The notes under the pieces: generated by a model
The model's input: the letters and a program-made list of their open reading frames with translations, nothing else
Database searches by the model: none
Told to the model about the DNA's origin: nothing
Made by a program: the position numbers and the translations under genes
Part shown: one piece after another, positions 29,419 through 39,304 of the stretch
Position numbering within the stretch: position 1 is the first letter of the stretch
Layout: every line of letters begins with the position of its first letter
Assembly: GCA_963847705.1 (NCBI GenBank)
Contig: CAWKBC010000029.1
Span: forward strand, 32,001-96,000
Direction of reading: 5' to 3'
From: an uncultured Pseudomonadota bacterium
GTDB taxonomy: Bacteria; Myxococcota_A; Polyangia; Fen-1088
DNA length: 64,000 nucleotides

Positions 29419-30525
29419 ATGTGGCGGTCCTTCCTGGCGGTGTTTCGGAAGGAGTTCCTGCACATCCTGCGCGACGCCGGCACGCTCCGGCTGGCGCTGA
29501 TGCTCCCGGTCATGCAGCTCGTGCTGTTCGGCTTCATCGACCAGACCGTCCACGATCTGCCGACCGCCATCGTCGACCAGGATCATTCGGTCGACAGCCG
29601 CCTCTTCCGCGATCAGCTGCGCGCCACCAAGACCTTCAAGATCATCGACGTCACCACCGATCCCGGGCAGGCGCGCCAGGAGATCCGCTCCGGTCGGGCG
29701 CGGATCGCCATCGTCATCCCGCCGCGCTTCCACGACAACCGCGTGCGCGGAACGACGGCGCAGGTGCTGGTGTTGATCGACGGCTCCGACTCGACCGCCA
29801 GCGCGCAGGCCCTGGCCAGCGTCAACGGGCTCACCGCCAGCGACAACCTGGCGCGCCTCGAGACCGTGGTCCCCGGGCAGGGGGCGATCGCCGCGCAGCC
29901 GATCATCCTCTTCAACCCCGAGGGGCGGACCGCCAACTACATCATCCCGGGGCTGGTGGCGGTGCTGCTGCAGCTGGTGGGCATCGTCCTCTCCGCGGGG
30001 GCCATCGTGCGCGAACGAGAGCGGGGAACCCTCGAGCAGCTCCTGGTCACGCCGATCGATCCCGTCGGACTGATGATGGGGAAGCTCTGCCCCTACCTGG
30101 TGCTCAGCCTCGTCGAGATGACCCTCATCCTGGTGGCGATGCGCTTCGGGTTCGGCGTCCCCATTCGCGGGAGCATCCTGCTCCTCTACGCCATCGCCCT
30201 CTTTTATCTGAGCGCCCTGCTCTCCTTGGGCCTGCTCATCTCCACCCGGGCGAAGACGCAGATGGAGGCGCAGCAGATGGGCCAGCTGCTGTTTCTTCCA
30301 GGCGTGTTTCTCTCCGGCTACATCTTCCCGTTCGAGGGGATGCCGGCGGTGCTGCGGGGGATTGGCCTGCTCTTTCCGGTGACGCACATGATCGCCATCA
30401 TGCGCGGCGTGGTCCTCCGCAACGCGAGCGTCGTCGACCTCTGGCCCCACGTCGCCGCGCTCGTCGGGATGACCATCGTCCTCGTCTGGCTCGGCGCGCG
30501 CAGCGTCCGAAAAGTCGCCGCCTGA
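29419..30525 (+). CDS. ABC-2 type permease (YbhS/R-like)
   Basis: KEFLHILRD, VRERERGTLEQLLVTP, FLSGYIFP; six TM helices. Confidence 0.93.
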   Translation: MWRSFLAVFRKEFLHILRDAGTLRLALMLPVMQLVLFGFIDQTVHDLPTAIVDQDHSVDSRLFRDQLRATKTFKIIDVTTDPGQARQEIRSGRARIAIVIPPRFHDNRVRGTTAQVLVLIDGSDSTASAQALASVNGLTASDNLARLETVVPGQGAIAAQPIILFNPEGRTANYIIPGLVAVLLQLVGIVLSAGAIVRERERGTLEQLLVTPIDPVGLMMGKLCPYLVLSLVEMTLILVAMRFGFGVPIRGSILLLYAIALFYLSALLSLGLLISTRAKTQMEAQQMGQLLFLPGVFLSGYIFPFEGMPAVLRGIGLLFPVTHMIAIMRGVVLRNASVVDLWPHVAALVGMTIVLVWLGARSVRKVAA

Positions 30526-30535
30526 TCTCGACCGG

Positions 30536-31300
30536 TCAAGACTGCAAGCCGGGGAGCTCGATGGCGAACGCCAGCCCCATTCCTGGGGCGTTCCGGATCT
30601 TCAGGCTGCCGTTCAGCTCGGCGACGCCGCGCCGGACGATCCAGATCCCCAGGCCATGGGCTCCGATCGGCGCCACCCCGTCATCCAGGTATTTGCCGGT
30701 CATCTCCAGACCGGACCGGAGGCCGGGACCGCGGTCGGCGAAGGCGATCCGCAATCTGTCGCCCGCGCGGGCCAGCTGGACGTGAATCGGCGAGGCCGGG
30801 GCGTACTTGCTGGCGTTCTGGAGCAGGTTACAGAAAATTCGCAGGAGGCAGCCTTTGTCCCAGGTTCCTCGAGCGCGGTCCAACCCCGACTTGCGGCTCA
30901 CCGTCACTGCGCACTTCGCCCGCTCGAGCAGCTCCTGTTGCAAGGCGATCGCCTCCGCAATCACGGCTTCGACGTCGACCGGCGCTTCGGCGGTGCGCGC
31001 CTCGGGCTGGCGCGGCTCGATGCGATCCGAGCTCAGGAGATCTTCGATGAGGGCGAGCGCGTGATCGGCGACGCGCGACAGCCGCGACAGAGTGCTGGCC
31101 CAGTCCGCGTCGCCGCCGGCGCTCTCCGCCTGACGAAGCCGCGCCAGCCTCTGCGCCAGCAGCTGGATCGCGGTCAGGGGAGAACGCAGATCATGGCTCG
31201 CGGTGCGGAGCAGCTCTCTGGCCCGCCGTTCCGCATCCGCCTCGCTTTTCGACTCCTGGGCGCGAGCCGCCGCGTACCCGTCCTCGTCTTCAGGGACCAT
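30536..31300 (-). CDS. Orphan histidine kinase lacking an input domain
   Basis: ASHDLRSPL H-box, NLLQNASKY, DRGPG, GLGIWIV; only about 25 aa before the DHp. Confidence 0.85.
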   Translation of the reverse strand: MVPEDEDGYAAARAQESKSEADAERRARELLRTASHDLRSPLTAIQLLAQRLARLRQAESAGGDADWASTLSRLSRVADHALALIEDLLSSDRIEPRQPEARTAEAPVDVEAVIAEAIALQQELLERAKCAVTVSRKSGLDRARGTWDKGCLLRIFCNLLQNASKYAPASPIHVQLARAGDRLRIAFADRGPGLRSGLEMTGKYLDDGVAPIGAHGLGIWIVRRGVAELNGSLKIRNAPGMGLAFAIELPGLQS

Positions 31301-31325
31301 GCTCCCCTTCCCCGAATTGGACGAC

Positions 31326-31353
31326 CAACGTCCAACGTGAAACGTGCAACGTT
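31326..31353. repeat. Four tandem 7-bp repeats (C/A)AACGTN in a divergent promoter region
   Basis: caacgtc caacgtg aaacgtg caacgtt. Confidence 0.75.
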
Positions 31354-31523
31354 GATCGGTTAATCCTCGTTACAGCCGTGTCAACGGGACGAAGGGCCTC
31401 ACTTTGAAGCCCATCCGGGGCCCCGGGCCAGGGCGTTCGCTCGGATAAACATCCACCAAATCCGAAATCGAGCGGGCGCGGCAGCGATTTGACCCCACGT
31501 CGGCTCGGGACGACCATCGGCGC

Positions 31524-33221
31524 GTGCGGAAGCGCAACCTGGCGATCGGCTTGCTCGCCGCCGCGGGCGTCTGCGGCATCCTGTGGCTCGCCCGCGGAGG
31601 CCCGCCCGAGGAGCAGCCCACGCGGCCTCTCGAGCCACCGACGCCGCCTTCTGCCGCTGCCCTGCCCCCGCCCGGGCCCGCGCCGACACCGGCCGCGGGC
31701 GAGATCAGCGTGCTGACGCTGCTCCACGAGATGGTGGATCTCGACCACCTCGCGCGGCTCCCCGGCGCACGATTCGTGGCCGGTCAGGCGGCGAGCACGG
31801 ACCGGCGCTCGAAGCGGCCCACCGACGCGGACGGGTGGTTCGCCAACGACGACTTCGTGACCGACACGGAGGCGAACCTGGTCCGCATCGAGGCCACCCC
31901 CGACGGCGGCAAGCGCTACGTGCTGCTCGACGTCGCCGGACCGGGCGCGGTGGTCCGAGTGTGGAGCGCCAACCCCACCGGGACGCTGCGCGTCTACATC
32001 GATGGCGACGCTCGACCGGCGCTCGAGGCGCCCATGGCCGCGCTGCTGTCGGGGGAGATCTCCCCGCTCGTCGCGCCGTTCGGCCAGGTGACGGCGCGCG
32101 GCTACAGCCTCTACTTCCCGATTCCCTACCGCACACGCTGCGTCGTCACCGTCGACAGCATCGTCTCGCCCGATCCCTTCAACGGACGACCGACCGCCAA
32201 GCTCTACTATCAGATCGGCACCCGCACCTATCGACCGGCGGCGGCCGGCGGCCTGCGCCCCTACGCACCGGCCGAGCTCGTGCGGGCCGGCGGCGCGCTC
32301 GCGCGGACCGCGGTCCTCTTGCGCGACGGGCTGCCGCCCCCCGGGCCCCGGCCTGGCCGGCGGACGCTCGCGTTGCCGACGGCGACGCTCGATCAGCAGC
32401 ACCCGGTCTCGCTGACGGTGCCCGCGCCCGAAGGTGGCGGGCGCCTGACCGAGCTGCGCCTGGCGACGAGCGAGCGCGCCCCCGACAAGCTCCGCTCGAC
32501 GACGCTCACGCTCGCCTTCGACGGTGAGGAGACGGTGTCCGCCCCGCTGGTCGCGTTCTTCGGGACCGGTCCCGAGATCGTTCCTTACCGGTCCTTGCCG
32601 ATGATCATCGAGCCGGATGGCACGCTGGTCTGCCGATTCCCGATGCCGTTTCGCCAGCGCGCCGTGGTCGGCATCTCCCGCGCGGGGAGCGGGTCCACCG
32701 AGCTCCACGGCAGTGTCACTGTCGACGCGGCGCCGTTCGACAGGTCGACGATGCTCTTCCGCGCGACCTGGAGACCGCGGGCGGTGATTCGCACCCGGCC
32801 GTTTCAGGACTGGCACATCGCGACGCTCGAGGGGACAGGGCAGCAGGTCGGCACCCTGCTCGACGTGGAGAACCCGCCCGGCACCGGCTGGTGGGGCGAA
32901 GGGGACGAGAAGCTCTTCGTCGACGGCGAGTCGTTCCCCAGTCTGTTCGGCACCGGCACGGAGGACTACTTCGGTTATGCCTGGTCGCAGGCCGAGACCT
33001 TCGCGCACGCCTACCATGCCCAGACGCGGGCGCCGGCGGGCGGCTTCGGCGGTCTGTTCTCAATGAACCGCTTCCTCGTGCTCGACCCCGTCCCGTTCGA
33101 GCGATCGCTGCGCTTCGATCTGGAGATCTGGCACTGGTCGGACACCTCGATCGCCGCCGACGCGATCCTCTACTGGTACGCGCGCCCCGGGGCGCACGAC
33201 GACCGCCGGCCCGCCCAATGA
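31524..33221 (+). CDS. DUF2961 / glycoside hydrolase family 172 protein, membrane-anchored
   Basis: GPGAVVRVWSANP, WWGEGDEKLFVDGESFPSLFGTGTEDYFGYAW. Confidence 0.9.
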   Translation: MRKRNLAIGLLAAAGVCGILWLARGGPPEEQPTRPLEPPTPPSAAALPPPGPAPTPAAGEISVLTLLHEMVDLDHLARLPGARFVAGQAASTDRRSKRPTDADGWFANDDFVTDTEANLVRIEATPDGGKRYVLLDVAGPGAVVRVWSANPTGTLRVYIDGDARPALEAPMAALLSGEISPLVAPFGQVTARGYSLYFPIPYRTRCVVTVDSIVSPDPFNGRPTAKLYYQIGTRTYRPAAAGGLRPYAPAELVRAGGALARTAVLLRDGLPPPGPRPGRRTLALPTATLDQQHPVSLTVPAPEGGGRLTELRLATSERAPDKLRSTTLTLAFDGEETVSAPLVAFFGTGPEIVPYRSLPMIIEPDGTLVCRFPMPFRQRAVVGISRAGSGSTELHGSVTVDAAPFDRSTMLFRATWRPRAVIRTRPFQDWHIATLEGTGQQVGTLLDVENPPGTGWWGEGDEKLFVDGESFPSLFGTGTEDYFGYAWSQAETFAHAYHAQTRAPAGGFGGLFSMNRFLVLDPVPFERSLRFDLEIWHWSDTSIAADAILYWYARPGAHDDRRPAQ

Positions 33222-33276
33222 GGCGCGTGAGCCCGTGGCCCTATCCGTTCGTCGCCGCAGGCCTCACAATGTCTGT

Positions 33277-34254
33277 GTGGATCGGAACCTGGCGCTCGAG
33301 GTGGTCCGGGTGACGGAGGCCGCGGCGCTGGCGGCCGCGCGCTTCGTCGGACGCGGCGATCGGGAGGGGGCCGACCGCGCCGCCACGGAGGCGATGCGAA
33401 AGACCTTCGGCTTCGTCCACCTGCGCGGGCAGGTGGTCATCGGCGAAGGGGAGCGCGACGAGGCCCCCATGCTCTACATCGGCGAGCCGGTCGGCGACGG
33501 CGCCCGCGACGCGCCCGAGGTCGACATCGCCGTCGATCCCCTGGAGGGGACCAACCTGGTGGCGAACGGGTCGACCGACGCGCTGGCCGTGGTGGCAATG
33601 GCCGAGCACGGGCAGTTCCTCAATGCGCCGGACACCTACATGGACAAGATCGCCGTGGGCCCCGAGGCGCGCGGCGCGATCGACATCCGCCGGAGCGCCA
33701 CGCACAACCTGGCGGCCGTCGCCGAGGCCAAGCGCGTCGAGGTGAGCGATCTGACCGTGGTGATCCTCGATCGCCCCCGCCACGCCCAGCTGATCGAAGA
33801 GGTCCGAATGACAGGCGCGCGGATCCGCCTCATCTCCGACGGGGACGTGGGCGGGGCGATCGCGACCGCTGAGCCTTCGACCGGGGTCGACCTCCTGCTC
33901 GGCGTCGGCGGAGCGCCGGAGGGGGTGCTCGCCGCGGCGGCCCTGCGTTGCATGGGCGGCGAGATGCAGGGGGTGCTGAGGCCGCGCAACGTCGAGGAGC
34001 GGGATCGGGCCATCGCCATGGGGATCGCCAACCTCGATCACGTGTTCGCCATCGACGAGCTGGCGCGGGGCGACGTCATGTTCGCGGCGACCGGCGTCAC
34101 CGACGGGTTTCTCCTCCGCGGCGTCCGCTTCACCGCGACCGGCGCCGACACCAACTCGATCGTCATGCGCTCACGCTCCGGCAGCGTTCGCTTCCTGCAG
34201 ACGCGCCACCGCTTCGAGGGGCACCCGGTCTACGGGGCCAGCCACCGCCCGTAG
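33277..34254 (+). CDS. glpX: Class II fructose-1,6-bisphosphatase
   Basis: DRNLALEVVRVTEAAA, VIGEGERDEAPMLYIGE, AVDPLEGT, ILDRPRH, FAATGVTDG. Confidence 0.96.
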   Translation: MDRNLALEVVRVTEAAALAAARFVGRGDREGADRAATEAMRKTFGFVHLRGQVVIGEGERDEAPMLYIGEPVGDGARDAPEVDIAVDPLEGTNLVANGSTDALAVVAMAEHGQFLNAPDTYMDKIAVGPEARGAIDIRRSATHNLAAVAEAKRVEVSDLTVVILDRPRHAQLIEEVRMTGARIRLISDGDVGGAIATAEPSTGVDLLLGVGGAPEGVLAAAALRCMGGEMQGVLRPRNVEERDRAIAMGIANLDHVFAIDELARGDVMFAATGVTDGFLLRGVRFTATGADTNSIVMRSRSGSVRFLQTRHRFEGHPVYGASHRP

Positions 34255-34309
34255 GGCGTCGCAGGACGGCGACGGTGAGCGGAGCGAACCGTGCCCGAGC
34301 GCCGGGCGG

Positions 34310-35347
34310 TCATTTCGCCACCCTCACGACCGCATCGCCGTCGTCGTCGGCGATATAGACGCTGGTGGCGTCGAGAGCGATCCCGCCCGCCCCGGCGATG
34401 CCGGTCGCCAGCGTGCGCGCGGCGCCGCCGCCGAGTGGAATGCTCACCACCTTCGTGGAGGCCGCCACGTACAGGGTCGTGGCGTCGGTGGCCAGCCCCG
34501 CCGGGAACTGGCCGAGGTTCGACAGCACCACCTGCGTCGGCCCGCCGTTCTTCGACACCTCGAAGACCGTCCCCTCACCGTTGGCGAAGTAGACGTTGTC
34601 CCCGCCCAGAGCGATCCCCATCGGCTCGACCGGGTCGGTGACCGCCAGCTGCACGGCAGGGCCGCCCGCAATCGGGGCCTTCAGCACGCCGGAATTGGGT
34701 TGCATCTGGTCGATCCAGTAGACGTTCGTCGCATCGACCGCCACGTTGTAGGGCCACCTGGCGGCCGCGATCTCGACGGGCGAGGCTCCGTCGACGGAGG
34801 CGACGCTGCCGTCGCCTGCCCCGCCGCCATCGGCCGGGCCCCCGCCGCCAGTGGACGTGCCGCCGTCGAGGGGCGTGCCGCCGTTCTTGTCCACCTTCAT
34901 GACGTGCCCCTGGCCGGGGCTCCCGTCCGCGGTCGTCCAATAAACGTTGCTGGCATCGACGACGATGGCCGTGACGCCGAATTGCCCCGCGGCCAGGCTG
35001 ACGGTGCTGCCGGTGCAGTTCGACCTCTCGCAGGCGAGGAGGGAGCGCCCGTCGCTCCAGTAGAGGCGCCGCTCGTCGACCGCCAGCCCCCCTTCTGCCT
35101 GAAGAACGCCCAGTGGGGAGGCGGCGCCGCCTCCCACGGGGAGTGTCATCAGCGGCGATGGGTTGATTTGGGACACGAAAACGGTGGTGGAGTCGACCGC
35201 GATCCCGAACGGGGATTTGACGGTCGCCAGCACCTGCGCCGGTTTCGGCTGCGCGTCGCAGCCGACCAGGGCCACGGCCAAGGCCACGATGACGAGGACC
35301 GGGAACAGGATCGTGAGGGCGAGCAGGCGGAAGCTGGAGTCGGTCAT
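34310..35347 (-). CDS. Beta-propeller lipoprotein (VDxxxVYW repeats)
   Basis: Lipobox LVGC; repeated (I/V)AVDxxNVYW blades; SD GGAG before ATG. Confidence 0.85.
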   Translation of the reverse strand: MTDSSFRLLALTILFPVLVIVALAVALVGCDAQPKPAQVLATVKSPFGIAVDSTTVFVSQINPSPLMTLPVGGGAASPLGVLQAEGGLAVDERRLYWSDGRSLLACERSNCTGSTVSLAAGQFGVTAIVVDASNVYWTTADGSPGQGHVMKVDKNGGTPLDGGTSTGGGGPADGGGAGDGSVASVDGASPVEIAAARWPYNVAVDATNVYWIDQMQPNSGVLKAPIAGGPAVQLAVTDPVEPMGIALGGDNVYFANGEGTVFEVSKNGGPTQVVLSNLGQFPAGLATDATTLYVAASTKVVSIPLGGGAARTLATGIAGAGGIALDATSVYIADDDGDAVVRVAK

Positions 35348-35371
35348 CGCATCTCCTGTCGAGTCTGTTGC

Positions 35372-35400
35372 CTGGTGTCGACCATCGACGTCATCCGTCA
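35372..35400 (-). promoter_or_regulatory. Putative ECF promoter for the propeller lipoprotein
   Basis: TGACGGATG-N12-GACACCAG, matching the copy before the sigma gene. Confidence 0.7.
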
Positions 35401-35474
35401 AAGATTCCGCGCGAATCGTCTTCGCCTCCGCGGCAGACCCTTCGCCTGCGTTGGGACTCGAGCTTCGCTTTGAG

Positions 35475-35503
35475 TGACGGATGTGGTCCATTCTCGGCAC
35501 CAG
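35475..35503 (+). promoter_or_regulatory. Putative autoregulatory ECF promoter
   Basis: TGACGGATG-N12-GGCACCAG, 12 nt before the sigma ATG (35516). Confidence 0.7.
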
Positions 35504-35515
35504 CGAGATCAGGAC

Positions 35516-36109
35516 ATGGCGCAGCGTTCGGTGATCCCTCAGGAACCGCGAGAGCATCTCCCGGCGATGCTCCCGGCGCCGACGTTCGCCGAGATCTTCG
35601 ACGGCCACTTCGTGTTCGTGTGGCGAACGGCGCGCCGTCTGGGGGTCCCCGAGTCCCATCTGGATGACGTCGTGCAAGAGACCTTCATGGTCGCCTTCCG
35701 GCGGCGCGCAGACTTCGAAGGCCGCTCCTCACTCAAGACGTGGCTGTATGGGATCGCCTTCAACGTCGTCCGCGCCTACCGGCGCGAGCTGGGCGCCAAG
35801 TATCCGGCCGCGCTGAACGCAGAGCGGCGCGCCGACCCGGCTCTTCTCACCGACGGCGCCGACGGCCCGCAAGAATCGGCCGCCAAGCGAGAGGCCGCCC
35901 GCTTCGTGGATGGCTTCATGCAACAGCTGAACGAGGACCAGCGCGATGTCTTCGTGTTGGCCGAGCTGGAGGAGCTGAGCGCCCCGGAGATCGCCACCGT
36001 GCTCGGCGTGCCCGTCAACACCGTGTACTCGCGCCTCCGGCTGGCGCGGATCGAGTTCGGGAAGGCCGTCGCGCGCCATCGCGCTCGAGACGAGCGGAGG
36101 ACCCCATGA
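35516..36109 (+). CDS. ECF sigma-70 factor
   Basis: DDVVQETF, FEGRSSLKTWLYGIA, LSAPEIA...PVNTVYSRLRLAR; SD AGGA. Confidence 0.95.
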   Translation: MAQRSVIPQEPREHLPAMLPAPTFAEIFDGHFVFVWRTARRLGVPESHLDDVVQETFMVAFRRRADFEGRSSLKTWLYGIAFNVVRAYRRELGAKYPAALNAERRADPALLTDGADGPQESAAKREAARFVDGFMQQLNEDQRDVFVLAELEELSAPEIATVLGVPVNTVYSRLRLARIEFGKAVARHRARDERRTP

Positions 36110-37089
36110 TCGACCTGAGCGACGAAGCCCGCACTCTCATCGAGCTCGCGCGCGACGCCCACGATCCCGGCGATGACGATCGGGCGCGGGTGCGCGCGGC
36201 GCTGGCGGCGCGGATCGGCGTGGCGGCGGGGCTCGGGCTGGCGGCGGGGCTGGGCGCGGCCGCCAAGACGACGGTGACCACGGCGACGGCCGGCGCGGGC
36301 GCGGGGTTGACGGTGGGAGCGGTCGGGGCCGGCGCCGGGGCGTTGAAGCTGATCGGTGCGGCGCTGGTCGTCTCGGCGACGCTGGGTGCCGGCGCAGCGG
36401 CGGTCCATCACGCGCGGCGCGCCTCGGTCGCGCGCGTTGCCGTCGCCGAGCAGGCGTCTCCGCCGAGCCCACGCCCCAAACCGACGGCCGCCTCGCCGGT
36501 CGCTCTGCCGGTCGCTCTGCCGGTCGCGGCGCCGGTTGCCGTTCCCGCGGCGCGGCCCCAGGTGGTGGCCCCGGCAAGCGCCTCGATCCCACGGAGCACG
36601 ACGATGGACCCCTTGGACGGGCGTCCCAGCGTTTCGGGTCTGGAGCAGAAGCTGCACGTGGCGCATGCGATTGTGCCGGCGCCCAAGGAGGGTCCCGGGG
36701 ACGGCGCTGGCGTACGCGCCGCGCCCCCGCCACGACCGTCCGCGCCCGACGTGGCCGACGTGGCCGACGAGGCCAGCTTGTTCCACGACGGGATCATGGC
36801 GCTGCGGTCGGGACAGCCGGCCCGCGCCTTGGTGTTGTTCGACCTGCATGCGCGCCAGTATCCGCACGGCGTGCTGGCCGAAGAACGCGAGGCGGAGCGC
36901 GCGTTGGCGCTGGCCGATCTCGGCCGCACCACCGAGGCGCGCGCGGCGATCGAGCGGTTTCTGCAGGCCCACGCGACGTCACCTCTGGCGGCGCGCCTGC
37001 TTGCACGCGCGCGCCTGCTCGATCCCGCCGAGGCGAAGGCCGACTCGGCGGAGCCCCGCCCGACTGCCATTCGGCGCCACGATCCCTGA
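36106..37089 (+). CDS. Putative membrane anti-sigma factor with Pro-rich linker and C-terminal TPR-like domain
   Basis: ATGA coupling to the ECF; short N-domain, TM, PA-rich linker, ...ALRSGQPARAL..FDLHARQYPHGVLAEEREAERALAL... Confidence 0.8.
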   Translation: MIDLSDEARTLIELARDAHDPGDDDRARVRAALAARIGVAAGLGLAAGLGAAAKTTVTTATAGAGAGLTVGAVGAGAGALKLIGAALVVSATLGAGAAAVHHARRASVARVAVAEQASPPSPRPKPTAASPVALPVALPVAAPVAVPAARPQVVAPASASIPRSTTMDPLDGRPSVSGLEQKLHVAHAIVPAPKEGPGDGAGVRAAPPPRPSAPDVADVADEASLFHDGIMALRSGQPARALVLFDLHARQYPHGVLAEEREAERALALADLGRTTEARAAIERFLQAHATSPLAARLLARARLLDPAEAKADSAEPRPTAIRRHDP

Positions 37090-37171
37090 GCCGCGGCGGC
37101 GGCTCCCGCGCTGTCTCCCAGTTCCCGGTGGCCAACGTGACGACGACCAGCAAGTGACGTCGTCGAGCTCG

Positions 37172-37634
37172 CTAGGGCACGCGGTTCTCGACCCCGCTTT
37201 GTGAGTGCAAGGCGAGGTAGACGACCGCCGACAGCGCGCTGGCGGCGACCGCGACACCCACCAGGACCCAGATCCCCGGATTCGGTTCGCGCACCCGCGC
37301 CGCCTTGATGGACGTCAACGGCACCTGCATCGTCTGCCCGTCTTCGGTGACGCCGCGGAAGACCCCGTCGCTCACCTGGATCGATTCTGAACGTTCCGCC
37401 GCAAGTGCCCTCCGGCACGTCGAGGTAGAGCTCGGAGTCCTTGACGACCTCGACCGGCCGATTGGTCGTCGACAGAACCGAGGCGCTCCCGCCCTTGGGC
37501 GCACCATCATGATACCCATCGAGAAGGACCAGCTCCGACGGCTTGATGGGGGCGCTCACATAACAGCCCGGAGCGACCAGCGCGGTCAGCAGAAGCCACC
37601 GCCGCCCCGCGCTGGCGTGCGCTCGATTCGCCAT
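37172..37634 (-). CDS. Small lipoprotein with C-terminal TM, frameshift near 37388
   Basis: Lipobox APGC in one frame joins ESIQVSDGVF...GIWVLVGVAVAASAL in another. Confidence 0.6.
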
Positions 37635-37838
37635 GGCGACGAACGTAGCAAGTTGCATACCTCCGGTTGCCGCGCCCACCTGCGCCCTTCCGCCGTGCCG
37701 GCGCTTCCCGGGGCCGTCGGTCGCGACATTCCTGTCAGGCCCCGCGCCCGGCGGTGACGCGCGTCCGCCGCGCCTGCGCGAAAAAAAAGGCCTGCGGCCC
37801 GCCGCGACACCGTGTGCTCGAGTGCTAATGTACGCGCC

Positions 37839-39263
37839 GTGAAACGTCGCCCGCGCCGCTCATGTTCGCTGCGCGCGGTCGTGCTTTGCGCGGCGCTCGC
37901 CACCGGCTCCTGCGGGGGCAGCCAGGATCCGATCAACGTGTCGGTGGCGATCGACACCACCGTGACCCACCAGACGCTGGAGGGTTTCGGCGCCGCCACC
38001 GCGTATCAGGCCTATCTCCTGGCCGATCGCACCGACGACATCTTCCAGGTCCTGTTCGTCGACTCCGGTCTCGACATCCTGCGCCTGGGGAACTGGTACC
38101 AGAACCAGAGTCAGACCGACACCGCCACCACCCCCTTCGACGACAACGACGAGGTGCAGATCGTCCAGAAGGCCACCGCCGCGCGCGGGGGCACACCTCC
38201 CAAGATCCTCATGTCCTCCTGGACGCCCCCGGCGTACCTCAAGAGCAACGGCGTGACCAGGCCTCCGTTCGGCAGCGGCTCGAGCGCCCCGGCCGGCACC
38301 TTGGTCCAGAACGGCGGCGCTTATGACTACGCCGATTTCGGCGACTGGTGGGCGCGTTCTCTGCAGGCCTACGCCGCGGAGGGGGTGGTGCCCGACTGGG
38401 TCAGCATCCAGAACGAACCCGACTTCTATACCAGCCAGTGGGAGACGTGCGTCTTCGGTCCCACCGAGGGGGCCGCCGTGGCCGGCATCGCGGCCGCGGG
38501 TTACGGGCAGGCGTTGGATGCCGTCTCCGGCGCCATTCAAGCGGCAGGCCTGGCCTCGCCGCCCGTCCTGCTGGGGCCGGAGACCACCGGGTTCAAGGGC
38601 AACATCGTGCAGCAGTACCTGGACGGTCTCGACCCGTCCAAGCTGGGCGGGATCGCCCATCACTTGTACGGCAGCCCCGGCGACAATCCCGGGCCCGACA
38701 CGTTCAACGGGTCGCTGCAGAACCTGGCGCGAGCGGGCGCGGCGGCGGGGCTGCCGACCTTCATGACCGAATACTCGCCCAACGTCCCCACGATGTTCGA
38801 CACCGCCTGGCTCATCAACAACGCGCTCACCGTCGAGAACGTCTCGGCCTACCTGTATTGGGAGCTGGTCTGGACCGACTCGTCGCCGGCGACCGGGCTG
38901 GTGTCGATCGCCAGTTCTTCTCCGAGCGCGCCGTACACCATCAACGATCTCTATTACGCGCTCAAGCACTTCGCCCGCTGGACGGACCCTGGCTGGGTCC
39001 GGGTGGACGCGACCTCCTCGGTGGCGGCCGTTCGAACGTCGGCCTTCGTGAGCCCCGACGGGACCAGCCTCACCCTGGTGCTCCTCAACACCGGCAGCGA
39101 GGACCACCTGGTCTCGGTCAGCCCCGGCGCCTTCCCCTTCGGCACGCTCACCGTCTACCGCAGCTCGGGCGACAGCGAACGCACCACCGTCGTCGCGCCC
39201 GAGAGCGACGGCAGCATCGCGCTCCCCTCGCGCGCGATCGCCACCGTCACCTACACGCCCTAG
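37839..39263 (+). CDS. Glycoside hydrolase family 30 lipoprotein (glucuronoxylanase-like)
   Basis: HQTLEGFGA, SSWTPPAYLKSN, SIQNEPD (acid/base), AHHLY, FMTEY (nucleophile), YALKHFARW. Confidence 0.9.
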   Translation: MKRRPRRSCSLRAVVLCAALATGSCGGSQDPINVSVAIDTTVTHQTLEGFGAATAYQAYLLADRTDDIFQVLFVDSGLDILRLGNWYQNQSQTDTATTPFDDNDEVQIVQKATAARGGTPPKILMSSWTPPAYLKSNGVTRPPFGSGSSAPAGTLVQNGGAYDYADFGDWWARSLQAYAAEGVVPDWVSIQNEPDFYTSQWETCVFGPTEGAAVAGIAAAGYGQALDAVSGAIQAAGLASPPVLLGPETTGFKGNIVQQYLDGLDPSKLGGIAHHLYGSPGDNPGPDTFNGSLQNLARAGAAAGLPTFMTEYSPNVPTMFDTAWLINNALTVENVSAYLYWELVWTDSSPATGLVSIASSSPSAPYTINDLYYALKHFARWTDPGWVRVDATSSVAAVRTSAFVSPDGTSLTLVLLNTGSEDHLVSVSPGAFPFGTLTVYRSSGDSERTTVVAPESDGSIALPSRAIATVTYTP

Positions 39264-39304
39264 ACTGGAAAGCGCGCGGGGCCCGCCCGCGACGCGGCGT
39301 CGGG

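Noticed and set aside
37781-37800. Short hairpin plus T8 on the minus strand as a riboswitch or attenuator terminator
   Set aside because: Stem is only about 4 bp and no aptamer is recognisable.
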